The notes under the pieces were generated by a model that worked only from the letters and a program-made list of their open reading frames with translations, was not told the origin of the DNA and ran no database searches. The translations under genes and the position numbers were made by a program. A stretch of 12,549 nucleotides of DNA, taken from Candidatus Micrarchaeota archaeon (GTDB lineage Archaea > Micrarchaeota > Micrarchaeia > Norongarragalinales > SBBD01). Of this stretch, positions 7,412 through 12,549 are shown in pieces (position 1 is the stretch's first letter; every line of letters starts with the position of its first letter). The DNA lies in NCBI GenBank assembly GCA_043813365.1, contig JBDRLB010000051.1:1-12549 (forward strand), given 5' to 3'.

Positions 7412-7747
7412 ATGGTCGCTCCAAGATTGAGAAGTTTAAGTGCAAAGAAAAGGCAAGTAAGGACGCCCGGCAACAGGACCGTCGAAATTTATAAGCCAAA
7501 AAAACCAGGAAAGGCGGTATGCGCCATCTGCGGCGGCCTTTTGCACGGCGTCCCCAACAGATCCAGGTCCGGCATGCGCAAGCTCGCAAAAACGGAGAAG
7601 CGCCCCGAGCGGATGTTCGGCGGCGTGCTTTGCGGGGGCTGCATCAGGGAGCTCATCAAGGAAAAGATAAGGATGGAATCTGGCAACCTGCTGCGGGACG
7701 AGGTAGGCGTAGTCCACCTCAAATACCTCGACATGATGAAGCGGTAA
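7412..7747 (+). CDS. rpl34e: 50S ribosomal protein eL34
   Basis: VRTPG, CAICGGLLHGVP and KTEKRPERMFGGVLCGGC zinc-finger pattern; expected synteny. Confidence 0.96.
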   Translation: MVAPRLRSLSAKKRQVRTPGNRTVEIYKPKKPGKAVCAICGGLLHGVPNRSRSGMRKLAKTEKRPERMFGGVLCGGCIRELIKEKIRMESGNLLRDEVGVVHLKYLDMMKR

Positions 7748-7807
7748 TCCCCCGGTTTCCAGCGCTTTTTTATACACCAATTCAGTTCAATATAGCTAAT
7801 GGTCGCT

Positions 7808-8401
7808 ATGAAGATCGCAATTTCGGGCTTGTCGGGCTCGGGCAACAGCACCGCATGCGAGAAAGTGGGGAACGCACTCAAGCTGAAAGTGATCAATTAC
7901 ACTTTGCGCAACCTAGCAATAGACGTGGGCATGGACTTCCCAACAATCCAGGAAAAACGCAAGGAGGACGAACGGTTTGACCTGCTCCTCGATAAAAGGC
8001 AGATGGAGGCATTCTCGGAAGAAAAGGATGCAATAATCGGCTCGAGGCTCGCGATTTGGATGGCCGATGCGAACCTGCGGGTATGGCTTGATGCTCCCTT
8101 GGAAATCCGTGCGGAAAGGATCGCAAAACGCGAGGCAAAGGAGCCGGACCAAACGCTGGAGGAAACCCGGGATCGCGATGAGGAAAACCGGAGGCAATAC
8201 CTCAAGCTTTACGGGATTGACGTGGAAGAGCACGGATTAGCGGACATGGTGCTTGATGCGGGCAGTCTTGATGCGGACACGATAGCGGAAAGGATAATCG
8301 AGGAGGCGGGAAAGGAAAAGTATAAAAATGTCCGAAAGAGCAAATATGGAGTTGAAATAATGCAGAGAATTGAAAAAGGGCTCGCGGGCTTGAAATGCTG
8401 A
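7808..8401 (+). CDS. cmk: Cytidylate kinase-family protein (archaeal Cmk position) with variant P-loop
   Basis: MKIAISGLSGSGNST, DLLLDKRQ, IIGSRLAIW, WLDAPLEIRAERIAKRE and RDEENRRQYLKLYGID; located between eL34 and eL14. ATG 7799 is an alternative start. Confidence 0.9.
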   Translation: MKIAISGLSGSGNSTACEKVGNALKLKVINYTLRNLAIDVGMDFPTIQEKRKEDERFDLLLDKRQMEAFSEEKDAIIGSRLAIWMADANLRVWLDAPLEIRAERIAKREAKEPDQTLEETRDRDEENRRQYLKLYGIDVEEHGLADMVLDAGSLDADTIAERIIEEAGKEKYKNVRKSKYGVEIMQRIEKGLAGLKC

Positions 8402-8473
8402 AATCGGGAGCAATTTCCAATCTGCATCGTTATCCTAAAATCATTTCAAATAATAAAACGGGGTAGGAGTCAC

Positions 8474-8638
8474 ATGGCAGCAATAGAAACCGGAAAGAAA
8501 TACGTGAAGATTGCGGGAAGGAATGCGGGCAAGGAAGTCGAAGTGGTAAAAATCATAGACGGGAACTTCTGCGAAGTGAAGGACTCGAAGGGCAAGGTGA
8601 AGAAGTGCAACATCGGCCATTTGGAGCCCATGCCTTGA
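8474..8638 (+). CDS. rpl14e: 50S ribosomal protein eL14, short 54-aa form
   Basis: Hand translation MAAIETGKKYVKIAGRNAGKEVEVVKIIDGNFCEVKDSKGKVKKCNIGHLEPMP; KOW-type KIAGRxAG and CNIxHLEP motifs; AGGAG SD; between cmk and cbf5. Too short for the ORF track. Confidence 0.93.
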   Translation: MAAIETGKKYVKIAGRNAGKEVEVVKIIDGNFCEVKDSKGKVKKCNIGHLEPMP

Positions 8639-8678
8639 TCGGCAATATTTTTTATTTTCGTGTTAATTCATCCTACTT

Positions 8679-9608
8679 ATGTCGGAATTGCAGCATGCCA
8701 AATCCTCGCTAGGCATCCCGCCGGAAAGCCGTTCATTGGAGGAAAGGCTGAAATACGGCATCGTGGTTGTCGATAAGCCCGAAGGCCCCAGCTCGCACGA
8801 GGTCTCTGCTTTCGTCCGGAAAATACTCCATATAGGAGTTACGGGACATACGGGCACCCTTGACCAGAACGTATCCGGAGTCCTGGTTGTCTTGCTGGAA
8901 CATTCAAGGAAAGTTGTTAATTTCATCCCAAATACGGATAAAACCTATGTTTGCCTTATGAAAATTTCAGGCAAACGCAATAGGGAGGAGCTGGAAAGCG
9001 CATTCTCGAATTTCAGGGGCGAAATTTACCAGCGGCCGCCGCTCCAGAGCGCAGTTGCAAAAAAACTCCGCACGCGGAAAGTGCACTCCCTTGAAATACT
9101 TGAGGTCCGCGAGAACCTCGTGCTGTTCGAATGCAAATGCGAGGCGGGCACATACATCCGGAAAATAGTATCCGATGCTGCCGAGGTGCTGGGAGTGAAG
9201 GCGGAAATGGCGGAATTAAGGAGAACGCAGGCGGGCGATTTTTCGGAGAAGGATGCCATTTCATTGCAGGCGCTTTCCGATTATTACTTTCTCTGGAAGG
9301 AGAAAGGGCAGGAAAGCTACCTGAAAAACGCGATTAAACCAATTGAGTCGCTGAAAATTCCCCGCATGGTGCTATCGGATGGGGCCGCAAAAAAAATCCG
9401 GCACGGGGTCAAGCCAAGAGTTTCGGAGGTTGTTTCCCTTGATGGGAATATCAGCCGGTTTGGGAAAATCGGGCTCTTCACGCATAGTGGAGAGCTGATT
9501 GCAATGGGAGAGGCATTGCTTTCAAGTTCGGAAATTAAGTCAAATGCAGAAGCGGATCAGTTCGATGAGCCCGTCTGCAGGATAAGCCGGGTCATCCACG
9601 AATTTTAA
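8679..9608 (+). CDS. cbf5: Cbf5/TruB-family RNA-guided pseudouridine synthase with C-terminal PUA domain
   Basis: DKPEGPSSHEV, GHTGTLD with the catalytic Asp, IYQRPPLQSAVAKKLRTRKV, CEAGTYIRK and MAELRRTQAG, followed by a PUA-like tail. Confidence 0.95.
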   Translation: MSELQHAKSSLGIPPESRSLEERLKYGIVVVDKPEGPSSHEVSAFVRKILHIGVTGHTGTLDQNVSGVLVVLLEHSRKVVNFIPNTDKTYVCLMKISGKRNREELESAFSNFRGEIYQRPPLQSAVAKKLRTRKVHSLEILEVRENLVLFECKCEAGTYIRKIVSDAAEVLGVKAEMAELRRTQAGDFSEKDAISLQALSDYYFLWKEKGQESYLKNAIKPIESLKIPRMVLSDGAAKKIRHGVKPRVSEVVSLDGNISRFGKIGLFTHSGELIAMGEALLSSSEIKSNAEADQFDEPVCRISRVIHEF

Positions 9609-9677
9609 ATTCCATTTCGCATCCGACCATTCGCTTTCCATCGTAAAATATTTATTTTCCATTTTTCGCAGCAATAC

Positions 9678-9692
9678 AAGAGGTATTTAAAA
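9678..9692 (+). promoter_or_regulatory. Putative BRE-TATA promoter of aIF2-gamma
   Basis: AAGAGGTA followed by TTTAAAA (9686-9692), about 43 nt before ATG 9735. Confidence 0.5.
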
Positions 9693-9734
9693 CGGTATTC
9701 CTGTAAATGTAGGTTGCTGACAGTACTGATCGTT

Positions 9735-10949
9735 ATGGCACAGGCAGAAGTGAATATCGGAACCGTAGGGCACGTGGATCATGGCAAGACCACGCTTGTT
9801 TCCGCCCTGACTGGCAAATGGACGGACACCCATTCGGAGGAAATAAAGCGGGGGATCACGATCAAGATGGGGTATGCGGACATCGTGATCCGGAAGTGCG
9901 AGAAGTGCGAAGGAACCGATTCCTACACGACAAGGGATAAATGCGACAATTGCGGCGGGCCCACGAAAATCCTCAGGAAAGTATCTTTCGTGGATTCGCC
10001 GGGGCACGAGACGCTGATGGCTACGGTTATTGCGGCATCCAGCATCATGGATGGGGCGCTTTTCGTGATTTCCGCAAATGAGAAATGCCCCCAGCCGCAA
10101 ACGGCGGAGCACCTCATGGTTTTGGAAGCTGCCGGAATAAGGAACATAGTGATCGCGCAAAACAAGATCGACCTTGTAACAAAACAGCGGGCAGTTGAGA
10201 ATTACAATGAAATACGCGCTTTCCTTAGGGGAACAGTTTTTGAGAATGTGCCAATCATCCCAACTGCCGCGCATTCCCCGAAATCCCTTTCCGCCCTGAT
10301 CGAGGCAATCGAGCAGACCATCCCAACCCCAAAAAGGGATATTGATGCGGACCCGCAGCTCTACGTCGCGCGCTCATTTGATGTCAACAAGCCAGGCACG
10401 AAAATAGAGAGGATGGTGGGCTCGGTATTCGGGGGTTCGATTTTATGGGGGAAATTCAAGGCAGGCGACGATATCGAAATAATGCCCGGAATACTTGAAA
10501 AGCGGAAGGAGCGCGAAACATACAAGCCGCTCAAAACCAAAATCTCGTCATTGTTCGCGGAAAACGAAAAGCTGGAGGAAGCTGGCCCCGGCGGCCTGAT
10601 CGGGGTTGCAACCATGCTCGACCCTGCGATAAGCAAGGCGGATGGCCTGGTGGGGAACCTCGTGGGCAAAGTCGGCACCTTGCCCGGGCTGAAAACCGAC
10701 CTGAAAGTAGAAATTACGGCATTGAAACGCGCAATAGAAAGCTTTGCAGCATCTCCCGGGATCAACGAGCCGCTTGTACTTGGGATTGGGACAAATACGA
10801 CAATTGGATTCATCGTTGAGAGGAAGAAGAAGGCGTTCATCCTGAAGCTGAAGAAGCCAATATGCGCAAAAACCGGCGACAGGCTCGCAATAATGCGCAG
10901 GGCGAACAACCGCTGGCATCTCTACGGCGTCGCATCCATCCTCGAATAA
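9735..10949 (+). CDS. eif2g: Translation initiation factor aIF2 subunit gamma
   Basis: QAEVNIGTVGHVDHGKTT, DTHSEEIKRGITI, zinc ribbon CEKC...CDNC, DSPGHE, PQPQTAEH, NKID and RSFDVNKPG. Confidence 0.98.
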   Translation: MAQAEVNIGTVGHVDHGKTTLVSALTGKWTDTHSEEIKRGITIKMGYADIVIRKCEKCEGTDSYTTRDKCDNCGGPTKILRKVSFVDSPGHETLMATVIAASSIMDGALFVISANEKCPQPQTAEHLMVLEAAGIRNIVIAQNKIDLVTKQRAVENYNEIRAFLRGTVFENVPIIPTAAHSPKSLSALIEAIEQTIPTPKRDIDADPQLYVARSFDVNKPGTKIERMVGSVFGGSILWGKFKAGDDIEIMPGILEKRKERETYKPLKTKISSLFAENEKLEEAGPGGLIGVATMLDPAISKADGLVGNLVGKVGTLPGLKTDLKVEITALKRAIESFAASPGINEPLVLGIGTNTTIGFIVERKKKAFILKLKKPICAKTGDRLAIMRRANNRWHLYGVASILE

Positions 10950-10958
10950 AAAGCCCTA

Positions 10959-11537
10959 CTACTTCTTTTCCTCCCTTACAAGGAAGAGCATCAGCCAGAT
11001 TACCCTGAAAATCACAACCAATACGACGACGAATAATGAGAATTTCAGGCAGAACCTGAATATCTGCGACATCGTTTCGCTCGGGAAGGTGAAGGGGAAT
11101 ACCGCCAGCAGTGCATTGATCACGTTCAAACCGAATAAATTCGTGATGATTTCGCCAACGTTCCTGAACCAAGCCGGATCATAGAGAATAAGGCACGAAT
11201 ATACTACGAGCAGCGCAAGTATCGAGAGATTGAATGCCCATACAACATCTACGAAGGGCGTATCGATGAACGGGATTCTCCAGAAAACAAGGTTGTTGAT
11301 CACATAATATAGGACGAGGTTGGCGATAATTGCGGCGGAATACTCGATTTTCCTCTTCCTCCTCGGAGGGAATGCGCGATCCGAAATTCCCGCCAGCCTT
11401 TCAGCCGCCTGCCGGATCTCCCTCTCGAAACGGTCCCTTTTTTTCCTGCCCCCAAATTTCGCCTTGATCCTGATTGCTGCTTCTTTGGCTTCCTCAGAAA
11501 ACGGCCTTTTTCTCCCGATCCGTGATTTTTTCGCCAT
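10959..11537 (-). CDS. Hypothetical membrane protein: basic soluble N-terminus and about four TM helices
   Basis: AGGTGA SD 8 nt upstream of ATG 11537 (MAKKSRIGRK). The ORF-track extension to 11729 overlaps another gene. Hydrophobic C-terminal half containing YDPAWF and VFPFTF. Confidence 0.8.
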   Translation of the reverse strand: MAKKSRIGRKRPFSEEAKEAAIRIKAKFGGRKKRDRFEREIRQAAERLAGISDRAFPPRRKRKIEYSAAIIANLVLYYVINNLVFWRIPFIDTPFVDVVWAFNLSILALLVVYSCLILYDPAWFRNVGEIITNLFGLNVINALLAVFPFTFPSETMSQIFRFCLKFSLFVVVLVVIFRVIWLMLFLVREEKK

Positions 11538-12105
11538 GCCGCATTTCACCTTTTTTACCCTTAAGCCCCTGAATGATATTATAGGCCTCCAATGCATCTG
11601 GCAAAGCATACCCCTTCGCGATCCTGAATTTTCGGAACAGTGCCTCATGCAGCGGGGCGTTAAATGGCCTGTCCATGATATTATCGTTACCAATGGTATC
11701 ATCGTTAACACAGGTGCGACGGAAGCCATGCATCGAATGCCATGCCCTTAATTGCGCATGGGTAATCCTCTTCTCATCCATGCTATAAACGGTAGAAATT
11801 AGATTCACTCTTGAACGGCTTGCAAGCCCCGTAATCAGCGCAAGGAACGGGTTGGAAAAACCAGGCAGGTATTTACCGACCTTTATTCCGGCAACTGCAA
11901 GGTGCCCTTTTTTCATCGGCATAAAGCTATGCTCCAAGGAAAAGTGTGCATCTGCGACCAACTTGCCTGCGCCGTCTCTGGCTGTTAAAAAAAACCAGCC
12001 CATATGCTGCGCTCTCTTGGGAAATGATTCCTCCACAATGATTTTCCTTCCTCGGAAGTCAGTTGTTGCAACAATCCTGCTTTTCCGCCTGGCCACAGCT
12101 TCCAT
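11494..12105 (-). CDS. Hypothetical protein, possibly degenerate GNAT (N-acetyltransferase) fold
   Basis: 203-aa ORF. Strand/helix pattern FFLTARDGAGKLVADAHF, LAVAGIKV, FLALITGLA, VNLISTVY and LRAWHSMHGF resembles GNAT topology, but there is no canonical R/QxxGxG motif. Confidence 0.6.
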   Translation of the reverse strand: MEAVARRKSRIVATTDFRGRKIIVEESFPKRAQHMGWFFLTARDGAGKLVADAHFSLEHSFMPMKKGHLAVAGIKVGKYLPGFSNPFLALITGLASRSRVNLISTVYSMDEKRITHAQLRAWHSMHGFRRTCVNDDTIGNDNIMDRPFNAPLHEALFRKFRIAKGYALPDALEAYNIIQGLKGKKGEMRHGEKITDREKKAVF

Positions 12106-12140
12106 CAAACCACTTTTTAAAAAATAACGGGCCCGCCGAG

Positions 12141-12157
12141 TGTTAGTAATACTGACA
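12141..12157. promoter_or_regulatory. Near-perfect 17-bp palindrome, candidate transcription-factor operator
   Basis: TGTTAGTA-A-TACTGACA (7 of 8 positions complementary), 36-52 nt upstream of the 12105 start. Confidence 0.4.
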
Positions 12158-12181
12158 TTTTTCAGCGTAAAAAATAATGAA

Positions 12182-12549
12182 TTATTTAAGTTTCCCCAAT
12201 ATTGCAGCTCCTAAAATCGGAAAGACATGCCATTTAGAAGGATCGAGCAAGGTGGCAACAAGGTTATTCATTTGATTACCGACTGCAATACCGATTATCG
12301 CAACTGCGGAGAAAATGCCGACCCAAACAAGTTCTTTCGGCAATTCTTCTACTTGGGCACACCCAAAAATCAATTCTGAAATTTCCATGCTCCTAATATG
12401 GAAAAATACCTTAAAAAAACCCTCCTTTTTTCTAATTAAAGGGGTTGTTTCTTTATAGGGATCCTTTCCGAGAAAGGCTATTATACTGCCGAAACATAGC
12501 AATTCAGGGCAGTTTGCATGGTGGAATGGAGAAATCTTATACCCCCATC
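12182..12549 (-). CDS. Hypothetical membrane protein, 5' end probably outside the window
   Basis: Frame stays open from the ORF-track TTG 12502 to the window edge (...WGYKISPFHHANCPELLCFGSII...). Hydrophobic segments near the C-terminus; visibly more AT-rich than the core genes. Confidence 0.55.
   Translation of the reverse strand, partial: WGYKISPFHHANCPELLCFGSIIAFLGKDPYKETTPLIRKKEGFFKVFFHIRSMEISELIFGCAQVEELPKELVWVGIFSAVAIIGIAVGNQMNNLVATLLDPSKWHVFPILGAAILGKLK

Noticed and set aside
8843..8872. Cbf5 motif GHTGTLDQN instead of the usual TLDP
   Set aside because: Catalytic Asp and the other motifs are retained; ordinary divergence.
9610..9670. CRISPR-like array
   Set aside because: Repeats are only 8-14 nt, degenerate and irregularly spaced; no cas genes.
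9687..11172. Minus-strand ORFs opposite aIF2-gamma
   Set aside because: Shadows of a highly conserved gene.
11538..11729. N-terminal 64-aa extension of the membrane protein as given in the ORF track
   Set aside because: Lies inside the upstream gene in another frame; a strong GGTGA SD supports ATG 11537.

Overview
Archaeal chromosomal window of roughly 50% GC; gene content and reduced, divergent proteins suggest a DPANN lineage, possibly Micrarchaeota (inference). The core is a + strand translation/secretion cluster: uL15, secY, DUF106 (EMC3/TMCO1-like), eL34, cytidylate kinase, a short eL14 missing from the ORF track, Cbf5 and aIF2-gamma. To its left lie a partial RelA/SpoT-type HD-domain gene (also missing from the ORF track), a class I PLP aminotransferase, two hypothetical genes and an M17 leucyl aminopeptidase split by a one-base frameshift at a homopolymer. 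To its right lie a membrane protein, a degenerate GNAT-like protein and a partial low-GC membrane protein gene. No rRNA, tRNA, CRISPR array or mobile element was recognised. I cannot demonstrate a complete new system. The best leads are the alarmone-hydrolase-like HD protein with an ED-to-EQ change, a K-turn-like hairpin before eL34, a lysine-less P-loop in the kinase, the frameshifted pepA, and a possible bidirectional promoter with a structured uL15 leader.
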